Shown here: one piece after another, positions 30,359 through 38,828 of the stretch
Numbering within the stretch: the stretch's first letter is position 1
How the letters are laid out: the number at the start of each line of letters is the position of its first letter
Made by a program: the position numbers and the translations under genes
From: Planctomycetota bacterium
GTDB taxonomy: Bacteria > Planctomycetota > UBA1135 > UBA2386
Assembly (NCBI GenBank): GCA_965223545.1
Contig: OZ245006.1
Location: 1,024,001 to 1,088,000 of the forward strand
Direction of reading: 5' to 3'
Length of the DNA: 64,000 nt
Notes under the pieces: model-generated
What the model was told of the DNA's origin: nothing
Seen by the model: the letters and a program-made list of their open reading frames with translations, nothing else
Databases searched by the model: none

Positions 30359-31561
30359 TCCCGACCTCTTGCTCGGCGGCGCCGCCAGCCACTGCGCGAG
30401 GCGCGCGGCCGCACAGCCCTCGTCCTCGATCACGCCCGCCGCCGCGGCGAGACGCGCGACGCGCAGGTAGTGCGCGGGGTCTCGCTGCCGCTCGAGCTGT
30501 CCCGCGAGCAGGGCGTTGTCCTGCCAACCCGCCAACCAAGCGGTGAAGGCAAGACCCGCCTTGTAGGCAGCGACCGGCACCTCGAACACCGCCCGGCCAA
30601 ACGACTCCACCGGTCCCATCCACGCCTCGTAGCCGGCCCGATCGCCGCGCGCCAGGCAGGCGAGTGCGGCACCGGCCGGGGCAAAGGTCGCATCGAACAC
30701 GCCGAGCAACGCGTGGCTGAAGTCGCCCAGCGCGATGCGCCGGCCGCCGCGCTCCACAAATCCGGCAGGCGCCTGCGGTGCTGCCGCATCGCCGGCAATC
30801 AGCTGCGCGAAGTGCCAGTCGTCACCGGTCAGCACGATCTGCTCGTCGCGCAGCAACCGGCGCCGCAGACGGCGCTCGCGCGAGGGGTCCAACAGCGAGA
30901 GCTTGGCGCCCGCCACCCGCGACGGATCCGACGCCATGACCCGTTCGAAGCTGTCAGCCGGGAAGTAGCCGGCGAGCGCCGGCGCGAACGCCTCCCCGAG
31001 CCAGTGGACGAAGACCGGGCCGTCGAGCTGTCCCGCGATCGCCCCGTAGACCTCGACGTAGGTCGCCGGGGAAGCGGACCGCGCCGCCAACGCCGGCAGC
31101 GGCAACAGAATGACCTCGCCGCCGACCGCGCGGATGTGGGCCGCCTGCGCGACCACGGCGTCGATGTGCGCGGCCCACGGCGCGTCGAGCGGCACGCCGT
31201 CGGCGCCGGCTCCGGCGATGAAGCCGTGCGGCAGCCGCTGGGCGGCGCAGGCATCGATCAGCGCCCGCGCCACTTCCGGCCCCAGCTCGAACCGCTGCGC
31301 GGTGTCCATCGCCTCGGCCACCGCGAAGCCGTGCTCCGCCAGCCGCCGCCGGTGCGCCGCCGTCGCCTGCCAATCGATGTGCTCACCGGCACGACGCGCA
31401 GGCGCGGACGCCACCCCGGCGTCGAAGGCGACGTGCGCGGCCGCGTATGCGAGCCGCACCGGTGGCGCTCCCGCCCCATCACCAGGGCGGCGCGGCGGTG
31501 CGAACGAGCGCGCGTCGAAGGTGATGGGCTCCTCGCCCGGCACTGGCACTCGTACCGCCAC
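30344..31561 (-). CDS. DUF993 family protein (DHDPS-like TIM barrel)
   Basis: AYAAAHV, IDWQAT, VAEAMDTAQR, HWLGEAF.PAL.GYF, KLSLLD, TGDD, SHALLGVFD. Confidence 0.85.
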   Translation of the reverse strand: MAVRVPVPGEEPITFDARSFAPPRRPGDGAGAPPVRLAYAAAHVAFDAGVASAPARRAGEHIDWQATAAHRRRLAEHGFAVAEAMDTAQRFELGPEVARALIDACAAQRLPHGFIAGAGADGVPLDAPWAAHIDAVVAQAAHIRAVGGEVILLPLPALAARSASPATYVEVYGAIAGQLDGPVFVHWLGEAFAPALAGYFPADSFERVMASDPSRVAGAKLSLLDPSRERRLRRRLLRDEQIVLTGDDWHFAQLIAGDAAAPQAPAGFVERGGRRIALGDFSHALLGVFDATFAPAGAALACLARGDRAGYEAWMGPVESFGRAVFEVPVAAYKAGLAFTAWLAGWQDNALLAGQLERQRDPAHYLRVARLAAAAGVIEDEGCAAARLAQWLAAPPSKRSGSAPR

Positions 31562-31567
31562 CGCCGC

Positions 31568-32395
31568 TCAGCTGGACCGTGGCGGCACGCCGACGGCGCC
31601 GAGCACGTCGGGCGCGTCGTTGTGCGAGTGCGTGAAGCCGCGGCGGCGCTCCTCGGCCACCGCCGACGCCGCGCGGAAGGCGACCACGTAGCCGCGCCGC
31701 CAGCCGTCGCTGTGATTGCCGCCCGAGCCGTGCAGCACGCGCTCGTGGTGCACGGTGACGTCGCCGCGGCGGATCGGCACCGGCCGCACGACGTCGACGT
31801 CCGCATCGACCTCGGCGACCAGAGCATGCGAGCGCTGCCGGTCGCCACACACAGGGCGATGCCGGCGCAACCGCGGCTCGCGATGCGATCCCGGCACGAA
31901 GCGCAGACAGCCGTTCGCCTCGGTAGTGTCGTCGAGCGCCAACCAGGCGGTCGCAGTCCGCGTATCGTCGCCGACGATCCAGTACGCCAGATCCTGGTGC
32001 CAGGGAAACTCACCGCCGGCGCGCCGCGGTGGCTTCGCCAAGAGCTGGTCGTAGTCGAGCACCATGCCGGCACCGCACAGCTGCGCCGCGATCGAGGCGA
32101 CTCTCCGCTCGTACACGTTGTCGCGCCACGCCGGGTAGTAGCGCCGCGGCAACATCACGTTGACGATCGCGTACTCCTCCCGCGGGCGACCGTAGTCGCC
32201 CGACATGTCGCAGTAGTCGCGCCCCTCGACCTCGATCTCGCCGCGGAGAAACCGCTCGTAGACGACCTCGATCGCGCGCAGCTCGTCTTCGGCGAGGACG
32301 CCGGAGAGGTGCACGTAGCCGTCCCGGGCGAACGCCGCCCGCTCGGCGTCAGTGATCCGGTACTGCGCGCCCTCGCGCCGCGATTCATCGGACAT
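31568..32395 (-). CDS. Phytanoyl-CoA dioxygenase (PhyH) family Fe(II)/2OG oxygenase
   Basis: KPP...PWHQD, WLALDD...NGCLRFVPGSH, LHGSGGN...RR. Confidence 0.9.
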   Translation of the reverse strand: MSDESRREGAQYRITDAERAAFARDGYVHLSGVLAEDELRAIEVVYERFLRGEIEVEGRDYCDMSGDYGRPREEYAIVNVMLPRRYYPAWRDNVYERRVASIAAQLCGAGMVLDYDQLLAKPPRRAGGEFPWHQDLAYWIVGDDTRTATAWLALDDTTEANGCLRFVPGSHREPRLRRHRPVCGDRQRSHALVAEVDADVDVVRPVPIRRGDVTVHHERVLHGSGGNHSDGWRRGYVVAFRAASAVAEERRRGFTHSHNDAPDVLGAVGVPPRSS

Positions 32396-32445
32396 GATCG
32401 CGACGAATTGTACGCGCTCAGCGCGAGGCCGCAGCTCGCAAGAGC

Positions 32446-34056
32446 TCAGCGCGAAGCAAAGAACTCGAGCTCGAGTCCCGCGCTGCCCGAAGCGCCCATC
32501 GGCGCACCCGGATCGAGCGACAGCGCCTGCAGGTAGAGCGACATCCCCGCCATCGAGGGCGTCGCCGGCACCTTTAGCGGCGCCGACCATGTCCCGCCGC
32601 CGGCACCGGCACCTGCCAGCGGACCGATCGGCACGACCACCAAGGCGGGCGAACGCCCGACCTGCAGCGGCACGCCCAAGAACGGGAAGCCGATGCCCTG
32701 GAAGGTGTCCATCGCGAGCGCGGTCTGCGCGCCGCCGAGGCCGTCGGCGATCGTCAGCGTCATGTTGGGGTTGCCGAGCATCGGCGGCTCGATGCCGATC
32801 AGCCGCGGCTCGATGCCGCCACTGCCGGGCCCGCCCTGCCCGAACACCACCGGCTCGCGACCGGCCTGGGTGTACAGCGTGGGCGGATCGAACGGCGACA
32901 GCTTGCCGGCGACGCGCGGGTCGGTCAGCCCGTTCTCGAGGAAGTCGAGCAGCGCGACCTTCTCGGTCACGGTCAAGCCGAGCGGCCGCATCTCCGGATC
33001 GAGGTTGTCGAAGAAGTCCCCGCCGCGGTCGTAGAAGTCGATGACCTCGGCCAGCGACTTGTGGCCGCCGTTGTGCATGAACGCGGTCCGCAAGCCGACG
33101 TTGCGCAGACCCGGGGTCTTGAACGCGCCCTTGTCGGCGGTGATGCCGGTGATCACGAAGCGCCCCAGATCCTCTGATGAGGGTCGCAGACCGATGTTGT
33201 GGTACTGATCGTCACGGAACAGCACGCCTTCGTGGCACTGGGTGCAGCGCCCCTTGTTCTCGAACACGTCCTTGCCGATCTGCTGCAGCGGCGTGAGCGT
33301 GTTCGTGTCGAAGGGAGTCTGATCCGAGATCAGCGTGCGCTCGTAGGCGGCGATCGCCATCACGATCCGCGCGGGCGTGATGCTGGGATCGCCGTACACC
33401 AGGTTGAACAGGTTGGCGTAGCTCTGGTTGCCGATCCACGTGCTGAGCGCCGGCGGCAGTGCGCTCGCCAACGCCAGCGGCTTTGAGGCGGCAACCCGCG
33501 CGGCGATGTCGCTCCAGGTGCGTCCCTGATGCGCCATCTCGGCGTCACTGGTCGGCGGCCCCTTGGCCTGGTTCTCGAGCGACGCGTCTTTCGGCAGCAG
33601 CACCTGTCCGGTCAACGGATCGGTGAAGGCACCGTCCTCGCGACCGTCCCAGAACTGCTCCGGGTTGTACGCCGCGTTGATCATGCTCGGCGCGGCGCGG
33701 CCGGTGACCTGGACGTCGAAGCCAAACTGCGCGTGGCCCAGATAGACGCCGCTGGCATCGTTGAGCGGCACGCCTGGCGAGCCGTTGATGTCGTCGCCGG
33801 TGCCGAACTGGCCGTCCGGCCCCGGGTTGACCGCGAACGCGGTCCGTGGATCGGCGCCACCGGCGTCCGGCCGGTGGCAGGTGCCGCAGGCGACCGTTCT
33901 CGTCGACGACAGCTGTTCGTCCCAGAACAGCACCTTGCCGAGGTTGGCCTTGTCTTGCGTCGTGGGATTGCCCGCCGGCGTCGGCACTGGCGGCAGCTGA
34001 GCGACCGCGCAGGGAGCGACGCCGAACAGGCACAGGGCAGCTGCGCTGAACTTCAT
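32446..34056 (-). CDS. Secreted di-heme cytochrome c peroxidase/MauG-family protein with shared C-terminal domain
   Basis: LGKVLFWD, ACGTCH, QFWDGR, CTQCH, FKTPGLRNV, FMHNG, VIDFYDRGG; C-terminal PLKVPATPSMAGMSLYLQ. Confidence 0.9.
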   Translation of the reverse strand: MKFSAAALCLFGVAPCAVAQLPPVPTPAGNPTTQDKANLGKVLFWDEQLSSTRTVACGTCHRPDAGGADPRTAFAVNPGPDGQFGTGDDINGSPGVPLNDASGVYLGHAQFGFDVQVTGRAAPSMINAAYNPEQFWDGREDGAFTDPLTGQVLLPKDASLENQAKGPPTSDAEMAHQGRTWSDIAARVAASKPLALASALPPALSTWIGNQSYANLFNLVYGDPSITPARIVMAIAAYERTLISDQTPFDTNTLTPLQQIGKDVFENKGRCTQCHEGVLFRDDQYHNIGLRPSSEDLGRFVITGITADKGAFKTPGLRNVGLRTAFMHNGGHKSLAEVIDFYDRGGDFFDNLDPEMRPLGLTVTEKVALLDFLENGLTDPRVAGKLSPFDPPTLYTQAGREPVVFGQGGPGSGGIEPRLIGIEPPMLGNPNMTLTIADGLGGAQTALAMDTFQGIGFPFLGVPLQVGRSPALVVVPIGPLAGAGAGGGTWSAPLKVPATPSMAGMSLYLQALSLDPGAPMGASGSAGLELEFFASR

Positions 34057-34099
34057 CGCGATGGGTTCCAATTGAGAGGTGAGGCGAGGGGCGGTCGGG

Positions 34100-35374
34100 T
34101 CAGCGGATGTGCAGCCAGGCCGTGTTGCTGAGGGTGTTGCTGAGGGTGCTGCTGTTGGTGAGCACCGCCTGCAGCGCCAAGCTGGCACCCGCGAGGGCGC
34201 CGTTGTTGGGGATCGGGAAGGAGAGACTGCTCGTGCCATCGGCGCTGGTCGTCGCCGACTGGCCGATCTGCAGCAGGACGCTCGGATCCAAGCCCAAGGC
34301 GCCTCCGATGCCGAACAGAGTGAACGGCGGCGCCACCCCGACCGACAAGAAGTAGGTCGCGATCAGCGCACTCGGCGCGTTGGGGTTGACGCCCGACGCC
34401 TGCAGGTCGGCCGTGCCGCCGACCACCTCGTCGTCACCGACCAGAATGGCGGCCTCGGAGTGCATCAGGTGCCAGGCCGGCGAGATGTCGTGCGAAAAGT
34501 AGACGTAGCCGCCGGCGAAGCTGCCGCAGCACTGGTAGTCGGTCCGGTTAACCTGCACCACGGCCGGCGTGCTCGGGTCGAGGTCGCTGGCGATGACCGG
34601 ATCGGAATCGCCGACGAACGGCTGCGTGCGCGGCGAGACTTCGTCCGCCATCCACAGCATTTCGACGTCGCCATCGGCGCCGATGATCGGCGTCGGCGAG
34701 ATCGGCATCGCGCCGGCTTGCGCCGGGTTGGAGACGATCACCGGCGAGCCGGTCAGCGCCGCGGCGCCGAGGTCGATCGGCTGGCGGACGATGTTGGTGC
34801 CGTCGGTGTAGAAGACGTTCATCACCCCGCCGATCGGTCCGAGCGCCGGGTAGTAGCGGTTGCCGGCGGTGAAACCAGTCACCTGCACGGGGGCACCGAA
34901 CTGCGTGCCGACCGCGGCGCGGCTCGACAGGAAGACGCCGGTGGGACGCTCGAAGATCGCCCACAGACCGTCGGGACTGAGGTTGATGTGGCGCTCGTCG
35001 CTGGCCGAGTTCAGCGCCGCGGCCTCGTCGGTCACGCAGAAGGTGCCGAACGCGGGATCGAACTTGCCGATCACCACCCCCACCGAGCTGCCGGTGCCGC
35101 CGATCGTGCTCACCACGCCGGCGCAGCTGATCGCCAGGTTGGGCAGATCGTTGACCACCAGCGCGGTGGTCCACTCGCCGGGGAAGTTGTTCGACAGCTT
35201 GACGTGGAACACCTGCCGGATGTCGGCGCCGGGCACCGACGACGCGGAGCTGATGATGATCCAGCTCGGCGATGGCTTGAGGGTGAAACCGAGTCCGGTC
35301 TGGGCGGGCCCGAAAGTGCCCAGACATAGAGCGGCAGCGAGCCCGAGGAGGGCCCGAGGGGATGAATGCGTCAT
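34100..35374 (-). CDS. Secreted protein of unknown function with shared C-terminal domain
   Basis: Signal peptide; LNSASDERHINLSPDGLWAIFER resembles a PD40/TolB repeat; C-terminal SFPIPNNGALAGASLALQ. Confidence 0.75.
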   Translation of the reverse strand: MTHSSPRALLGLAAALCLGTFGPAQTGLGFTLKPSPSWIIISSASSVPGADIRQVFHVKLSNNFPGEWTTALVVNDLPNLAISCAGVVSTIGGTGSSVGVVIGKFDPAFGTFCVTDEAAALNSASDERHINLSPDGLWAIFERPTGVFLSSRAAVGTQFGAPVQVTGFTAGNRYYPALGPIGGVMNVFYTDGTNIVRQPIDLGAAALTGSPVIVSNPAQAGAMPISPTPIIGADGDVEMLWMADEVSPRTQPFVGDSDPVIASDLDPSTPAVVQVNRTDYQCCGSFAGGYVYFSHDISPAWHLMHSEAAILVGDDEVVGGTADLQASGVNPNAPSALIATYFLSVGVAPPFTLFGIGGALGLDPSVLLQIGQSATTSADGTSSLSFPIPNNGALAGASLALQAVLTNSSTLSNTLSNTAWLHIR

Positions 35375-35619
35375 GGTTTCCTGAGGTTGGTGTGTGGTGG
35401 CGAAAAGGCCGCCGCCTTGCGCCGTAACCGACAACGCGGCAGACAGCCCGGTTCTTTCGCCGTGGCCCATTCGAGTCTATCCCACTCAGCGCGAGCGGCA
35501 AGCCGCCCTCGCAACGGACGCTCGGTCGCCGGTGGACATCCGCCGAAGCCCGCGGCCCGAATCTGGCCGGTTCTTCCCACGCCTCCGGGATGTTGCCGAG
35601 TCGCGCCGCGGAGATCGCC

Positions 35620-37068
35620 CTACCGCCCGGTGGCCCCGCCGCGCTTGGCCGCGCGCAGCCGCGCCGCCTCGGGGGCGCGCTTGTAGGCCTCATCCAGCGG
35701 GTAGCAGCCACTCGGGAGCCCCAGCCGAGCCGCCGTGGTGCAGTCACTGAGCGTGCGGCAGATCGCCCGGCGATCGAGCGGTCGGCCGGCGAGGACGTCG
35801 GCCGGCAGCCGCGGGTAGCTGAGCACCATGCGGCCGAGGCCGACGACGTCGACGTGGCCGCCGCCGACTTCGGCCTCGGCGACGTGCGGCAACCATTCCT
35901 GGAGGTAGCTGTAGCCGCTGCCGACGAACACCAGCTCCGGATGCGCGGCCTTGGCGGCGCGGACCGCACGGAGCTGGGCGGCGACTCCACGCAAAGGGTC
36001 TTCCGGCGGCGGGTAGCCGTCGTTGGGCGGATAGGCCGCCGGCCGCTGCAAGTGCGGACAGTAGTACGGCGAGCCGGCCGTGGCGTTGATCATCGTCACA
36101 CCGGCGTCGGCCAGCAACGCCAGCAGCCGCAGCGGCTCGCCGAGGTCGGTGCGCCGCGGATCGCCGGCGTCCACGCCAAAACCATGGCCATACGGGACGT
36201 GGTCCTGCCAGCCGACCGGCTCGCCCGTCCCGCTGGCCCCGACCGCGTGCGGAAACACGTCGATCAGCGAGAGCCGGACCGCCACCTCCAGTCCCGGACA
36301 CTCGCGCTGGATCGCGGCGATCAGATCCAGCACGAACCGGCTGCGTCGGGCAAACGAACCGCCGTATCGCCCTGGCCTGCCGCGCGCGCCGAGCAGCTCG
36401 TGCAGGAGATAGCCGTGGCAGCACTTGACGTCGACGAAGGCGAAGCCCGCGCGCTGCGCGGCGCGCGCCGCGGCCACGTAGGCGAGCGCGATGTCCTCGA
36501 GCTCGGCATCGGTCAACACCGCGGCGTCATCCGCGACGACGCGCGCGTCGAGCACCGGGTGGCGGTGGGCGATGCGCGGCGCGCGCATGCCGGGCTCCGG
36601 CTGTGACCAGCGCCCGGAGTGGGTCAGCTGCAGGCCGATCACCGGTGGTGCACCGCCGTGGCCGGCTTCGCGGTGCGCGTCGGCGGCCGCCGCGCGCAGC
36701 GCGGCGAGATCGGTGGCGGCGTCGCGCCCCGGCCACAGGCACAGCTGTGCTGGGTTGGCGCGGCCCGCGGCGCAGACGGCAAACGCCTCCCCACCCCAGA
36801 TCAACTTGGCACCGCTTTCGCCGAAGCGACGCCACCGGCGCAGAGTGCGGTCGGTTGGCCGCCCGTCCACGGTCGCGTCCCACCCCTCCATCGGATGGAT
36901 GGCGAACCGGTTGTCGAGCCGGCCGGCCGGCAGCGTCAGCGGCTCACCCAAAGGGCCATCCTTGCCCGACGGCTGCAACACACAGTCGAGATCGGGCGCC
37001 ACCGCGCGCCACTGGGCGCGAAACGCCGCCGCATCGCGGCAACGCCCCGGCGGCACGAACCGCGTCAC
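35620..37068 (-). CDS. NADH:flavin oxidoreductase (Old Yellow Enzyme family)
   Basis: NRFAIHPMEGWD, LQLTHSGR, KCCHGYLLHE, YGGSF, VGLGR; GTGA overlap with the upstream gene. Confidence 0.9.
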   Translation of the reverse strand: MTRFVPPGRCRDAAAFRAQWRAVAPDLDCVLQPSGKDGPLGEPLTLPAGRLDNRFAIHPMEGWDATVDGRPTDRTLRRWRRFGESGAKLIWGGEAFAVCAAGRANPAQLCLWPGRDAATDLAALRAAAADAHREAGHGGAPPVIGLQLTHSGRWSQPEPGMRAPRIAHRHPVLDARVVADDAAVLTDAELEDIALAYVAAARAAQRAGFAFVDVKCCHGYLLHELLGARGRPGRYGGSFARRSRFVLDLIAAIQRECPGLEVAVRLSLIDVFPHAVGASGTGEPVGWQDHVPYGHGFGVDAGDPRRTDLGEPLRLLALLADAGVTMINATAGSPYYCPHLQRPAAYPPNDGYPPPEDPLRGVAAQLRAVRAAKAAHPELVFVGSGYSYLQEWLPHVAEAEVGGGHVDVVGLGRMVLSYPRLPADVLAGRPLDRRAICRTLSDCTTAARLGLPSGCYPLDEAYKRAPEAARLRAAKRGGATGR

Positions 37069-38252
37069 AGCTCGACGCGACGGCCTTCGGCGGCGGCCAC
37101 GTAGGCGGCGTAGACCACCCGGGTGACGTCGCGGCCCAGCGCGCCATCCGACCGCGTGCCGCGCCCCTCGGCCACCGCGCGGGCGAACTCCTCGCACATC
37201 GCGAGCTGACCCGAGGTCCAGTCCTCGTCCGGCATCGGCGTCGACCAACCGGCCGCGGTCGAGCTCTTCTCCATCAGGTAGGCATCGCCGAACACGGCCT
37301 CGGACGGCGCGTAGGCGCGCAGCATGTCGGTCGGGCTGAGGTTGCACTTCAGCTGGCAGTTGGAGGCGAACAGCTCGAGCTTGCTCTCCATGCCCCCCAA
37401 CAGCACGTCGCCGCCATAGGCGACGCCCCGCGAGCCGTCCTCGAACGAGAGGATCGCGCAGCCCCAGTTCTCCACGTCCTGCCAACCACCGGCGACGAAC
37501 ACCTCGTGGTCCTCGAGCGAGGCGATGCGACTCAGGTCGGAGACCTCGGCGGTCACCGCGACCGGGCGAATGGGAGCCCCACCGCGCGCCTCGCCCTCGG
37601 CGCGCTTGAGATCGAGCATCGCGCCGATCGGGTGCGCCGCCAAGCGCAACAAGGCGCCGCCGCCGGTGTAGCGCCAGATCTTCGAGTACGGCGAGTGCGA
37701 GCCGTTGTGGCCCTCCCAGCCGCGCATCTCGAGCAGCGTGCCGCCGCTCTTCTGCAGCAGCGCGCGGGCGCGTTGGATGGCCGGCGCGTACACCCAGTTC
37801 TCGCCGTACATCAGCTGCACGCCGTTCTGCGCTGCGGCATCGACCATCGCCTGAGCGTCGTCGACCGCGACCGCGAGCATCGTGCGGCGATCGCGCGCCG
37901 CGACCGCGGCGTCGTCGGCATCGGCCGGCAGATCCTGCCCCACGTAGGCGGACAGCGGCTTGGTGCAGATGACGTGCTTGCCGGCGGCGGCGCTGCGCTC
38001 GGCGAGCGGCCGGTGCAGCAAGTTGGGGACGCACAGATCGACGACGTCGACCTCGGGCAACGCCAGCAGCTCGTCGACGGCGGTGAACCAGCGCGGCACC
38101 GCGTGGCGCTCGGCGAAGCCGCGCGCGCTGTCCTCGCTGCGCGCCGCGACCGCCACCAACCGCGCCTCGACACCGCTGACCTTGGCGTAACAGCGCGCGC
38201 GCGTCTCGGCGAGAAACCCGGCGCCCACCAGCCCGATGCCGACCGTTCGCAT
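37065..38252 (-). CDS. Gfo/Idh/MocA family oxidoreductase
   Basis: IGLVGAG, DLCVPN..H, GKHVICTKP, GGGALL..AAHPI, VENWG. Confidence 0.9.
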   Translation of the reverse strand: MRTVGIGLVGAGFLAETRARCYAKVSGVEARLVAVAARSEDSARGFAERHAVPRWFTAVDELLALPEVDVVDLCVPNLLHRPLAERSAAAGKHVICTKPLSAYVGQDLPADADDAAVAARDRRTMLAVAVDDAQAMVDAAAQNGVQLMYGENWVYAPAIQRARALLQKSGGTLLEMRGWEGHNGSHSPYSKIWRYTGGGALLRLAAHPIGAMLDLKRAEGEARGGAPIRPVAVTAEVSDLSRIASLEDHEVFVAGGWQDVENWGCAILSFEDGSRGVAYGGDVLLGGMESKLELFASNCQLKCNLSPTDMLRAYAPSEAVFGDAYLMEKSSTAAGWSTPMPDEDWTSGQLAMCEEFARAVAEGRGTRSDGALGRDVTRVVYAAYVAAAEGRRVEL

Positions 38253-38296
38253 GCGCGGAACGATACCGCCGGCGACCATCGAGGCGAGCCTCGGCC

Positions 38297-38566
38297 GTGA
38301 ACGCTATGATGCACGTCGTGGCTCTGAGCGAGTGCCCTCACTGCGGCGCCAGCTTTCGCAGCGGCCGCCTGGCGTGCCCCGAGTGCGGCAGCGATGCGCG
38401 CACCGGCTGGCGGGATGCCGAGGACATCGACTACCTGTCGACCGACATCCCCGACCTGCTCCCCGACGTCGACACGCCCCCGCCGGCGGTCCCCACCCTG
38501 CGGATCGCGCTGGTCGTCGCCCTGCTCATCGGGTTCGTGCTGGTGTTCGTGCTGCGATGGCGATGA
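38297..38566 (+). CDS. Small zinc-ribbon membrane protein
   Basis: CPHCG...CPECGSD..TGW and a C-terminal TM helix; exact start uncertain. Confidence 0.65.
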   Translation: MNAMMHVVALSECPHCGASFRSGRLACPECGSDARTGWRDAEDIDYLSTDIPDLLPDVDTPPPAVPTLRIALVVALLIGFVLVFVLRWR

Positions 38567-38828
38567 GCCCGCGAACACGACGCGCACGAGCCCCGTCGGT
38601 ACCCGCCGGCGACGGCCCCACCGCACCGCCGAATGCGCGACCGGCGGCGCGATGTGAGACCGGCGCGCGCGACCCGCCACGCGCGGTGTCGCACTTTCGG
38701 CCACAGCGCGCCTGATCCTCGTTGCCCCGTTCGACCGAAAGAGCTACGGGGACTGATGGCGGCCGGCAGCGTTCCGCCGCCGTGGCAGAGCCAGCGTCCC
38801 GACTTCCAAGCGCAGATCCGACTCCATC

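Noticed and set aside
35620..38034. 804-aa ORF as a fusion
   Set aside because: The N-terminal part is an alternate frame of the Gfo/Idh/MocA gene; the OYE starts at GTG 37068.
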